Source: Planctomycetota bacterium
GTDB taxonomy: Bacteria; Planctomycetota; JAJSAM01; JAJVHW01
DNA: 64,000 nucleotides
NCBI GenBank assembly: GCA_965248445.1
Contig: CBDFJG010000004.1
Location: 928,001-992,000 of the forward strand
Reading direction: 5' to 3'
Under the pieces are notes generated by a model that saw only the letters and a program-made list of their open reading frames with translations, did no database searches and was not told the origin of the DNA. Below are positions 39,704-48,235 of this stretch, piece by piece (within the stretch, counting starts at the first letter, position 1; each line of letters begins with the position of its first letter). The position numbers and the translations under genes are program-made.

Positions 39704-40584
39704 GCGACGAACCTCCGCCGCAGCCGTCCGCTCCACCACTCGAGTAGCAACACGATGGCGCAGAGCGTGTAGAGGTAGGTCCACACCTCGCCGTAGTGGT
39801 TCTCGGACCACGACGCGGAGATGAACTTGCCGAGTGTCTCCGGACCGAAGAACCCGAGCACCGCCGCGGAACGCACGGCGCACTCGAGGCGGTAGAAGGC
39901 GTACGACGCGAGATCGGGCGCGGCGCGGGGGAGCAGTCCGAACACGAAAGCCTGCGAACGCGTCGCGCCGGTCCCCTGGAGCGCGAGCGCCGCGGCGGGA
40001 TCTGCCTCGTCGAGCATTTCGGAGAAGACCTTCGCCAGCGTTCCCGCGTAGGGGATCGCGATCGCGATCACCGCCGCGAGGTTCGTCGTGCCCATCGCGG
40101 CGAGCAGCAGGATCGCCCAGAGGAGCTCGTGGACGGACCGCAGCACCGCGATCAGTCCGCGCGTGCCGATGAACAGCGTCGTGACGATCACCCGCACCAG
40201 CGGCGAACGGATACGCGCCGGATCTCCCCGCCACAGCGATCTCGACGCAAGGAACCCGAGCGGCACGGCGCCGATCACCGCGAGGGACATCGCCATCACC
40301 GCGAGCATCACGGTCCGGTGCGCTCCTTCGAGCGCCTTCCAGATGAGCGGCGGCGCGTTCTCGCGTCCGTAGACCGACTCGTAGTCGAGAGCCGGGGTGA
40401 TCGCACGGCTCACGAACTCGCCGAGGGTGCGGAGATCGCGCGCCCGCGGCAGAAGTCCGTCACCAGGCAGCAGATCCGTCGCCGCCAGCCCCAGGTGAGT
40501 GAACGAGTAGACGCCGACCGCGGCGACCGCGAGAAGGACTCCGCTGCGCGCGGTCAGGAACCGGCCGGCCGCCTCACGCGCCAT
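39700..40584 (-). CDS. PhnE/PtxC-family ABC permease
   Basis: LRSVHELLWA, IPYAGTLAKVFSE, YRLECAVRSAAVLG. Confidence 0.88.
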   Translation of the reverse strand: MAREAAGRFLTARSGVLLAVAAVGVYSFTHLGLAATDLLPGDGLLPRARDLRTLGEFVSRAITPALDYESVYGRENAPPLIWKALEGAHRTVMLAVMAMSLAVIGAVPLGFLASRSLWRGDPARIRSPLVRVIVTTLFIGTRGLIAVLRSVHELLWAILLLAAMGTTNLAAVIAIAIPYAGTLAKVFSEMLDEADPAAALALQGTGATRSQAFVFGLLPRAAPDLASYAFYRLECAVRSAAVLGFFGPETLGKFISASWSENHYGEVWTYLYTLCAIVLLLEWWSGRLRRRFVA

Positions 40585-41332
40585 CGGCGAGGAGCTCACC
40601 GCGGTCGAGCTCGTACAACTCGTGGAACGTTGCGTCGGGGATGTCGCCGGTCGGTGCGTCGAACACCACGCGCCCCGCGCGTAGCCCGACCAGGCGGGGG
40701 AAGAAGGCGCGGGCGAGATTGAGATCGTGCAGCGACACGACGAGCGTCAGTCCGTCCTCCCGCGACAGCTCGGTCAGCAAGCGGACCGTGTCCTTTGCGC
40801 GCGCGGGGTCGACGCTCGAGACCGGCTCGTCGGCGAGCAGCACGGACGGCGACTGGAACAGTGCTCGCGCGATCGCGACGCGCTGCTGCTGGCCGCCGGA
40901 CAAGCGGTCCGTTCGCTCGTAGAGCTTCTCGGGGATTCCGACGCGTTCGAGCAGTGCGTGCGCACGGTCGACGTCCTCGTGCTTCGGCTTGAGCAGCGCG
41001 CGGAGTGTGCCGCCGAACGAGAGCGAACCCAGTCGCCCGGCGAGGACGTTCTGGAGCACCCGCAGGTTGGGCACGAGGCCGAGGTCCTGCGGCACGAAGC
41101 CGATCGTCGACCGCGTGCGGCGCAGCTCCTCCCGTGACAGCCGGCCGAGGTGCTTGCCGTGGGCCACGATGCAACCCTCGGTCGGGCGGATCGTCCCGTT
41201 CAGGACGCGCAGGAGCGTCGTCTTGCCCGAGCCGCTCGGGCCGACGAGGGCAAGAGCCTCGCCGGCCGCGACGTGCAGCGACACGTCATCGACCGCAATC
41301 GTGGAAGGATGGACGACGGATACGTCGTCCAC
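40574..41332 (-). CDS. PhnC-like ABC transporter ATP-binding protein
   Basis: GPSGSGKTT, NVLAGRLG, LSGGQQQRVAIAR, LADEPVSSVDP; the start may lie up to about 30 nt further upstream. Confidence 0.9.
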   Translation of the reverse strand: MDDVSVVHPSTIAVDDVSLHVAAGEALALVGPSGSGKTTLLRVLNGTIRPTEGCIVAHGKHLGRLSREELRRTRSTIGFVPQDLGLVPNLRVLQNVLAGRLGSLSFGGTLRALLKPKHEDVDRAHALLERVGIPEKLYERTDRLSGGQQQRVAIARALFQSPSVLLADEPVSSVDPARAKDTVRLLTELSREDGLTLVVSLHDLNLARAFFPRLVGLRAGRVVFDAPTGDIPDATFHELYELDRGELLADGA

Positions 41333-41361
41333 CTCCAGCGAGCCGACGACGCCGCCGTTGC

Positions 41362-42252
41362 TCAGCGCTTCATCTCCGGGCGCATCATCCCGAGCTCGAC
41401 TGCCGTGTCCTTGATCTTGTCGAAGTCTGCGTTCTTCGCCTCGATCAGGGACGTGCGCGCGAACGCGGAGAGGAGCTTCTCGTCGGTGATCCCGATCAGC
41501 GCCTTCTGCAGCCGGTCGGTGAATCCGGCACCGAACATCTCGTCGACGTCCGGACGCACGGTCATGTTGTAGTCCGCGTAATCCGGCGTCTTCCAGATGA
41601 CGACGCAGTTGTCCGCCTTGCCCTCCTTCTTCAGCTTGTCGAACGTCTTGTAGGAGAGCGCGCCGACCTTGATGGCGGTGCCGTCATTGACGGCGGCGAC
41701 GGTCTGCGGGTGCGAACCCGAGAACGCCGGCGGCGCGGCGAAGAAGTCCTTCGGTGCTTTCCCAGTCGCCTGGCGAATGAAGTACTCGGGCATCAGGCGG
41801 CCGGACGTCGAACTCTCCGAGCCGAACGTGAACGCGAACACTTGCATCCCGGCCGGGAAGGACTCGCTTGCCGTGAGGCCCGTGTCCTTGTGCGCGATGA
41901 AGTACGAGTAGTAGTTCGGGTCCTCTTTGCCCTGCACGGCCGCGCGGGCACCCGGCACGGCCGCGCGCGCCTGAGCGCCGGTCAGTCCACCGAACCACGC
42001 GAGCTGGATCTGGCCGTTCTTGAACATGTCGACGGACGCCTGGTACTTCTGCGCCGCGACGTACTCGCAGGGCACACCGAGCTGCTCGCTCAGGTACGCG
42101 GCGACCGGGTCGAACTTCGCTTTCAGCTCCGTCTTGTCCTCGCCCGGAATGGCGGAGAACTTCAGAACCGGCTGCTCACTCCCGTCGCCCCCGCATGCCG
42201 CGGTGAACGCCGCGCACGCGGCTACGAGAGTGAGGGTCCTCGCACTTCGCAT
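41362..42252 (-). CDS. PhnD-family substrate-binding lipoprotein, putative selenate ABC transporter subtype
   Basis: Lipobox TAAC; FSAIP, LAWFGGLTGAQAR, FTFGSESSTSGRLMP, FSGSH, TPDYADY. Confidence 0.85.
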   Translation of the reverse strand: MRSARTLTLVAACAAFTAACGGDGSEQPVLKFSAIPGEDKTELKAKFDPVAAYLSEQLGVPCEYVAAQKYQASVDMFKNGQIQLAWFGGLTGAQARAAVPGARAAVQGKEDPNYYSYFIAHKDTGLTASESFPAGMQVFAFTFGSESSTSGRLMPEYFIRQATGKAPKDFFAAPPAFSGSHPQTVAAVNDGTAIKVGALSYKTFDKLKKEGKADNCVVIWKTPDYADYNMTVRPDVDEMFGAGFTDRLQKALIGITDEKLLSAFARTSLIEAKNADFDKIKDTAVELGMMRPEMKR

Positions 42253-42484
42253 CGAGTCGTCTCCTCAAGATCGTGGACAAGGATCGGGCCGGTGGCTGAA
42301 TCGGCACGGCGCGTCACGGCTCGCGCGGCAGGAGGGACGGGAGGAGTGCCTCAGCGACGTCCCGGTCGGCCGGCGGGCTGCACCGCCGCGCAGAACCTGC
42401 GCAGCAGCTCGCCGTGGCCTCAGCCGAATCCGGAGCGGGGCATCCTCATGGGGTAGAGACCCTAATCCCGTGGTCGTTGTTCCG

Positions 42485-42835
42485 TCAACGTCCGGCCTCG
42501 ACGTGCGCGACGACCTCGTCCCCCGGCGCCAGGAGGCACTCGAACAGGTCTTCGACCAGATCCGCGACGTCCTCGACGTCGAGGTCACCGGCGGCGATCT
42601 GCAGGCTGTGGCCGGGATCGCAGCGCAGCACGAACGAGGACTCGGGGAGACTGAAGTCGGCCTCGTCCAAGACGTCGTCGGGATCGCCGATGTGCGGCCA
42701 ATCGACGTGCAGGACTCCGTCCATGTACTGGATGAAGACGTCCTCGTCCTCCGCCGACTCGAACGTGGCAAACTGGGCGCCCTGCGTGCGCCAGACCGTG
42801 TCGAGCGCCTCGAGGATCTGCTCCCGCTGGTCCAT
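42485..42835 (-). CDS. Small acidic hypothetical protein
   Basis: GGAGAG RBS, MDQREQILEALDTVW...; strong codon bias. Confidence 0.7.
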   Translation of the reverse strand: MDQREQILEALDTVWRTQGAQFATFESAEDEDVFIQYMDGVLHVDWPHIGDPDDVLDEADFSLPESSFVLRCDPGHSLQIAAGDLDVEDVADLVEDLFECLLAPGDEVVAHVEAGR

Positions 42836-42953
42836 CGTCTCTCCCGCTCCCAGCATCGCCGGGCGCGGGGGGCCGCTACAATCCCGCTTCGCCCGGAATC
42901 CTCCTGCCGAACGACCGGTGCCGAACGACGAATCGAACGAGGAGCCTGATCTG

Positions 42954-43379
42954 ATGCCCACGACCCGGATTGCTCTCGCCCTGCTGGGCAGCCTCGCCAT
43001 CTGCCTCGCCTCCTGCTCGAAAGAGACGAAGGAGGTCGACGTCGCCGACCAGCCGGCCGACACGAGCCTGACGCCGGACGCGTCCGGCAAGACAGACGGC
43101 GACCCCAAGGCGTCGTCCTCGCCTGCCGCTCGCGCTCCCGCCCGCGCGCAGTCAGGGGCACAGTCACGGGCAGGCAGCGTCACGCTGACGGTTCGCGGTC
43201 TGCACTGCGAGGACGACTGCGTGCCGCGGCTGACGGAGATGCTGGCGGCAGCGCCTGGAGTGACCTCAGTCGCGGTCGACTACGCCGCGAAGACCGCGAC
43301 GGTGGCGATCTCGGGAGACGTGGCGCCCGAGCGCGTGGCAGCCGCGGTGGGCGGCGGTTTCGTGGCGGCGGTCAAGTAG
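42954..43379 (+). CDS. Lipoprotein with heavy-metal-associated (HMA) domain
   Basis: Lipobox LASC; VTLTVRGLHCEDDC...PGVTSVAVD...A.V HMA pattern. Confidence 0.8.
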   Translation: MPTTRIALALLGSLAICLASCSKETKEVDVADQPADTSLTPDASGKTDGDPKASSSPAARAPARAQSGAQSRAGSVTLTVRGLHCEDDCVPRLTEMLAAAPGVTSVAVDYAAKTATVAISGDVAPERVAAAVGGGFVAAVK

Positions 43380-43488
43380 ACGGGAGTCGAGTAGTAGGGG
43401 GTCTGGGCCATACGGCATGGCCGGCCGGTTTCTCGCGGCCCGCCAGGGTCGGGGCGGCAACCTCGGCGGCCCTACACGGAGTGACACG

Positions 43489-43935
43489 ATGAACTTGCGC
43501 ACGATCGCCCTGACCGTTCTCGCCCTCGGGGCCACCGCCTGCGGCTCGACCACGTCGAACCCGCAGCCCTACAGGCCGCCCGCGCCGGTGCAACAGCCGC
43601 AGCGGCCGCAGCAGCCCGTGCGCCAGCAGCAGCCGGTCTCCCAGGTACCCAACTACCAGCCGCAGCCGCCCGTCTACCACGAGCACGCACCGGTCCGCGG
43701 TGGCGACGCGGGCCGCTCGCATGTGTCCCTCCGTGAGGAGGCGCTCCGCCGAGGAGTGCCGACGAACGCCTGCGGCGCAAGTCCGCGTGTCAGCGGACGA
43801 GCGAGCTGGAGCAATGGACAATTGCTCCAGCAGCAGGAGCGCGTCCTCCGGACGCTACGGACGGTTTCGGTCACGACGCTTGCTCCGCAATCATCGCGCC
43901 CTCGCGATCCTGCCTCGGTAGACAGCCTGCTGTAG
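43489..43935 (+). CDS. Pro/Gln-rich lipoprotein
   Basis: MNLRTIALTVLALGATAC lipobox, PQ-rich region; the 3' half is less typical. Confidence 0.65.
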   Translation: MNLRTIALTVLALGATACGSTTSNPQPYRPPAPVQQPQRPQQPVRQQQPVSQVPNYQPQPPVYHEHAPVRGGDAGRSHVSLREEALRRGVPTNACGASPRVSGRASWSNGQLLQQQERVLRTLRTVSVTTLAPQSSRPRDPASVDSLL

Positions 43936-43956
43936 GGGCGGGGCGCTGCCCCGCCC
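43936..43956 (+). terminator. 9-bp GC hairpin immediately after the stop codon
   Basis: GGGCGGGGC-GCT-GCCCCGCCC. Confidence 0.45.
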
Positions 43957-44133
43957 GCGCTCTTGTCAGGGCCGTCGCGCTGCTCGGTCGCCTGCCTGCT
44001 CCCGTTGGCGCGGCCTCCGCTCGCGCTTGCTCGGCAGCGTCGAACTCCCACCCTTGCGGAATCCCCGCTTTCCCTTCCAATGGGGGATGCGAGTCCTTTG
44101 GTCGGGATTGCCACCAGAAGTAGGGAGGTGGCC

Positions 44134-46161
44134 GTGGGACGCACAGACGGAAGAGCCGCGACGACAGCATTGCTCGTGATGGCGGGCGTGTTCGGTCTCG
44201 CACCGGCGGCACAGACATCGGGCCCCGAGCCGGATCCGCGATACGACGCGAAGGTCGAACTCGGTCGGCGTCTCTTCATGGACCCCGCCGCCAGCAAGTT
44301 CGGCGCGACGTCCTGCGTGTCCTGCCACGACCCCGAGAACGGGTTCTCCGACTCGGCGATCAAGTCGCAGGACGAACAGCAACTGACCGTGCGCCACTCG
44401 CAGGGCCTGCTCGACATCGCCGACGCACCGGACGCCGGGTTCCACTGGGACGCCGAGTTCGCGCGGGTCAGTGATCTCGTTCGTGCGCGCCTCGGTACGC
44501 CCGCGGACTCGCAAGGCCCCGCGGTCGCGCGCTTCGCGTCGTTCGTGAACTCTGCGATCGAAGGGGAACACGCCATCGATGCCACCGCGGCGCGCTCGGC
44601 GCTGCCCGGACTCGCGTCGGGCGGCGGATACGGTCCGGCCACGACGGGCCCGATCACACCCGGCATCGCCGGCACGAAGAGGGGCACGCGTGGCATGCGA
44701 TTCGGCGCGCCCGGGGGCCGCGGATTCCGGGCGACCCCGGCGCCGGACCGGACGTCCGTCCGACGGCTCGCCGCGCACGACCTCTACGACGGCGCCTTCA
44801 AGAGGGCGTTCGGCAGCGCGGAACCGACCATGGACCGCGTCGCCGAGGCGATCGAGGAGTACGTCCTGTCGCTGCGCTCGACGGAGGCCCCGTTCGACCG
44901 CTACATGGACGGTGATGACGACGCGATCTCGGAATCCGCCGAGCGCGGCTTCCACGTCTTCGCCGGCAAGGCGAACTGCGCTTCGTGCCACACGGTGCCG
45001 CTGCCCGGCGGGGCGCGCGCGTTCAGCGACGCCCAGTTCCACAACACAGGGGTAGCGTTCGCGGACGCCCAGCGGCAGCTCGAAGAACTGCGCGGCGGCG
45101 CGAAGAGCAAGGCGGCGAAGCGCCTGCTGGCGCTGCCGAACGTCGACAAGGGCCTCAGCCGGATCGATCTTCGGAAGTCGTCGAACGGGTCGTTCAAGAC
45201 CCCCAACCTGCGCGACGTCGACAAGCGTGCGCGCTACATGCACGACGGCTCGCTCACGACGCTCGAAGAGGTCATCGACTACTACGCGGGCGGCGGCACG
45301 GCGAACAAGCACCTCGACCCGAAGATCGAGAAGCTCGACCTCACCGCACAGGACAAGCAGGACCTGGTGGCGTTCCTGAAGACGCTGTCCGGTGATGCGC
45401 GTCCGGGACTCGGCCGGCTGCCCGAACACCGTCCGTCGGAAACGCACGTGACACTGCGGGATGTCGAGGGTGAGCGTCTCGGGGGAGTCAAGGTGACGAT
45501 CCGCCCGACCGGCGATCGTCTGGCGGGCGCCGACAAGATGCCCGACCCGTTCACGGTGACGACGTTCAAGTCCGGAAAGTTCAGGTTCCCGTTCCCCGCG
45601 TCGACGCACGTAGCTCTCGAGGTCGAGGGCTACGAGATCGCGGGCGGCCGCCTCATCCCGGACTGCGCGCGTGACGTGCAGTTCCTGGCAGTGCCCGACG
45701 ATCTGGTGGCGATCGAGATGTTCGACGAGAGCGGCCAGAACAAGCGGCTGCCCGGAACCCTGGACGTCAATGGCGTCTTCGGCAACGAGAGCAACGAGCC
45801 CGTGACGTTCCGTCGCGTACGCAAGCTCGGAGACCATCACGGCATCTACGCTGCGCACGCATCCGAGGTTGCGGACGACGCCTTCCGGGTCGGAGCACGC
45901 ATCAACATCCGCAACCGCGACTCGGTGCTGATCCAGTTGCACCGCGGCAGGCGGCTGCTCGGGAGCGTCGACCTGCGCGACACCGCGTTGTTCGGCGCCC
46001 CGCAGCGGGGCCGCGGGATCGGCAGTGACGTCGCGCAAGAGCTCCGGAAGGCCATCGAGGTGTTGATGCCGGTCCTGGCGCAGCCTGGGGGTGTCCGCGT
46101 GCCACCGGATCGGCCGGATCGTGTTGACGACGCACCGCCGCCGCCCGAAGATCAGGGCTGA
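44134..46161 (+). CDS. Di-heme cytochrome c peroxidase/MauG superfamily protein 1 with extra C-terminal domain
   Basis: GGAGG RBS + GTG 44134; signal peptide; KVELGRRLF, CVSCH, FHWD, CASCH, FHNTG, FKTPNLRDV, YMHDGS..LEEVIDYY. Confidence 0.9.
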   Translation: MGRTDGRAATTALLVMAGVFGLAPAAQTSGPEPDPRYDAKVELGRRLFMDPAASKFGATSCVSCHDPENGFSDSAIKSQDEQQLTVRHSQGLLDIADAPDAGFHWDAEFARVSDLVRARLGTPADSQGPAVARFASFVNSAIEGEHAIDATAARSALPGLASGGGYGPATTGPITPGIAGTKRGTRGMRFGAPGGRGFRATPAPDRTSVRRLAAHDLYDGAFKRAFGSAEPTMDRVAEAIEEYVLSLRSTEAPFDRYMDGDDDAISESAERGFHVFAGKANCASCHTVPLPGGARAFSDAQFHNTGVAFADAQRQLEELRGGAKSKAAKRLLALPNVDKGLSRIDLRKSSNGSFKTPNLRDVDKRARYMHDGSLTTLEEVIDYYAGGGTANKHLDPKIEKLDLTAQDKQDLVAFLKTLSGDARPGLGRLPEHRPSETHVTLRDVEGERLGGVKVTIRPTGDRLAGADKMPDPFTVTTFKSGKFRFPFPASTHVALEVEGYEIAGGRLIPDCARDVQFLAVPDDLVAIEMFDESGQNKRLPGTLDVNGVFGNESNEPVTFRRVRKLGDHHGIYAAHASEVADDAFRVGARINIRNRDSVLIQLHRGRRLLGSVDLRDTALFGAPQRGRGIGSDVAQELRKAIEVLMPVLAQPGGVRVPPDRPDRVDDAPPPPEDQG

Positions 46162-46216
46162 CACCGACTGCTGACTGAGACCGACTGGGGAATCGCAGAA
46201 CCACGGAGGATTGGAT

Positions 46217-48223
46217 ATGAGGACGAAGAGCATCCTCGCGTTGGGCGCGCTGTGCGCCACGACCGCGCTGGTGGCCGCCCCGCTCCAGTCCACTCCGGCC
46301 GACGCCGGGGTCAACCACCAGAAGAGCGCACAGGTCGAACTCGGTCGGCGCCTCTTCCTGGACGAGACGGCGAGCAACGGGAACCAGTTCTCGTGCGCGT
46401 CGTGTCATGACCCCGAGTACTCGTTCACGGATCGTCGCGTCCACTCGATCGACGAGAACGGGCCCTCCCGACGCCACAGCCAGACGCTGCTCGAACTGCG
46501 CGGCGAGGGCTTCCACTGGGACGGTGAGTTCCCGAAGCTCGAGAACCTGCTGCGCGCGCGCCTTGGCTCGCCGGGAGAAGTGCTCGACAACGCGCGCTTC
46601 TCGATCATGGCGCAGTGGAACGCATCCGTTGACGCGCGCCTGACTCTCGACCAGAACGACTTCAACCGCCGCATCCAGTCACTCGCGCCGCGGTACTACG
46701 GCGTCGATCGCCCGCCTCCGACACGCGGGCCGATCACGCCGGTCGCCATTGCGAACCGCATCGATGACGACGGCCGCTACGGCGTGCTGTTCGTGAAGGC
46801 ATACGGCACCGGCAAGGTCACGACCGACCGTATGGTGGATGCGATGGGCGCGTACATGGCGTCGCTCACGGCCACCAAGAGCCCGTACGACTCGTTCCGC
46901 GCCGGCCACACGGCGGCGCTGACGCCGCAGCAGCGCCGCGGATTCAAGCTCTTCAAGGGCAAGGCCAACTGCTCGTCCTGCCACACGACCACCGGGCCGG
47001 GCGCGCGCGCCCTCTCCGACGGCAAGTTCCACAACACCGGCATCGCGTACCGTCAGCCCGCGTCCCAGTGGAGCCCGGACCCGATGGCGCTGCGCCGTCC
47101 GTCCGAGACGGGCCGCACCAGTCAGACGTTCGCCAAGGAGCACACAGCGCGCTTCAAGACGCCGACACTCCGCGACGTCGCTCTGCACCCGCCGTACATG
47201 CACGACGGCTCCATCGATTCGCTGCGCGAAGTCGTGGACTACTACGCCGGCGGCGGCACCACGAACTCGCACCTCGACTCGGAGATCAAGGACGTCGATC
47301 TCGACGAACAGGAGCGCGAGGACATCGTGGCGTTCCTCCACTCGCTGACCGGCGAGGAGCGCCCGGGACTCGGAGATCTTCCGGTGTATCGGCCGGACGT
47401 CACCAAGATCACTCTGAAGGACGTCGAGAACCAGTTGGTACCCGAGCTGCTCGTCACGGTCGTTCCGACTGGTGATCGTCTGCGCGGCACCGACGAGATG
47501 CCGGAGCCCTTCGTGGTCTCGACGACCAAGCGGGGCGTCCTGGCGTTCCCGTTCCCCGCTTCGACCCACGTACGGCTCGAGGCAGACGGTGTCGAGATCG
47601 GCCTCTCACGCATGTTGCCGGACTCGATTCGCAAGAAGGCGCTCATCACGACTCCGCGCGACAAGCTCTCCGTGCGCATCCGGTTCGCGAAGACCAGTCA
47701 TCGCACCAAGGTGGACGAACTCCACGTGATGCCGCTGACGGCCAGCCGGACAAGCGACGCGCGCGTCATCTTCAAGCGCGTGCGCAACATCGGATACACC
47801 GAGGCGCTCTACGTCGCCGACCGCGAAGAGGCGCTCACCGAGCTCTCTGGCCTGCTCCTCGACCCGGACGGCGTGGTCACGATGTCGGTCAACGCGGGCG
47901 AGAGGGGCGAACGGGTCACGTTCGGTCGCCGACTGTTCGACTTGTCGGGCGGCCAGTGCGAGCCCATCGACTTGCGCCCTGATCCGCCGTTCGACCGGCG
48001 GTTCAAGGGACCCCTGGGACCCGGCCGACGCCCACCCCCTCCCGGCGGCGAACCGGTGGGTGAAACCGACGACGACGACGATCCGACCGGCGGCGGTGGC
48101 GGCGGTCCACTGGGTGGCGGCGGAACACCGACTCCGCCGGATCTCAAGGGCGGCGGCGGCGGACTGCCGAACGGCGGCGGTGGCGGCCTGCCGAAGGGCC
48201 CCAAGGATCCGCTCGGCAGATAG
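46217..48223 (+). CDS. Di-heme cytochrome c peroxidase/MauG superfamily protein 2 with extra C-terminal domain and Gly/Pro tail
   Basis: Signal peptide; CASCH, FHWDG, CSSCH, FKTPTLRDV, YMHDGS..LREVVDYY; paralogous to 44134..46161 along its length. Confidence 0.9.
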   Translation: MRTKSILALGALCATTALVAAPLQSTPADAGVNHQKSAQVELGRRLFLDETASNGNQFSCASCHDPEYSFTDRRVHSIDENGPSRRHSQTLLELRGEGFHWDGEFPKLENLLRARLGSPGEVLDNARFSIMAQWNASVDARLTLDQNDFNRRIQSLAPRYYGVDRPPPTRGPITPVAIANRIDDDGRYGVLFVKAYGTGKVTTDRMVDAMGAYMASLTATKSPYDSFRAGHTAALTPQQRRGFKLFKGKANCSSCHTTTGPGARALSDGKFHNTGIAYRQPASQWSPDPMALRRPSETGRTSQTFAKEHTARFKTPTLRDVALHPPYMHDGSIDSLREVVDYYAGGGTTNSHLDSEIKDVDLDEQEREDIVAFLHSLTGEERPGLGDLPVYRPDVTKITLKDVENQLVPELLVTVVPTGDRLRGTDEMPEPFVVSTTKRGVLAFPFPASTHVRLEADGVEIGLSRMLPDSIRKKALITTPRDKLSVRIRFAKTSHRTKVDELHVMPLTASRTSDARVIFKRVRNIGYTEALYVADREEALTELSGLLLDPDGVVTMSVNAGERGERVTFGRRLFDLSGGQCEPIDLRPDPPFDRRFKGPLGPGRRPPPPGGEPVGETDDDDDPTGGGGGGPLGGGGTPTPPDLKGGGGGLPNGGGGGLPKGPKDPLGR

Positions 48224-48235
48224 CGCGACGCGCTG

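Noticed and set aside
38774..42252. Phosphonate utilisation (phn) operon
   Set aside because: No C-P lyase or ptxD genes; the binding-protein motifs fit the putative selenate subtype, so phn symbols were not assigned.
43700..43800. Possible selenocysteine TGA (43734) in an alternative frame of the PQ lipoprotein
   Set aside because: It needs an unsupported frameshift; the main frame is open to 43935 and followed by a hairpin.
48000..48223. GGC-rich repeats as CRISPR or collagen-like array
   Set aside because: Simple in-frame Gly/Pro low-complexity tail; no repeat-spacer structure or Gly-X-Y periodicity.
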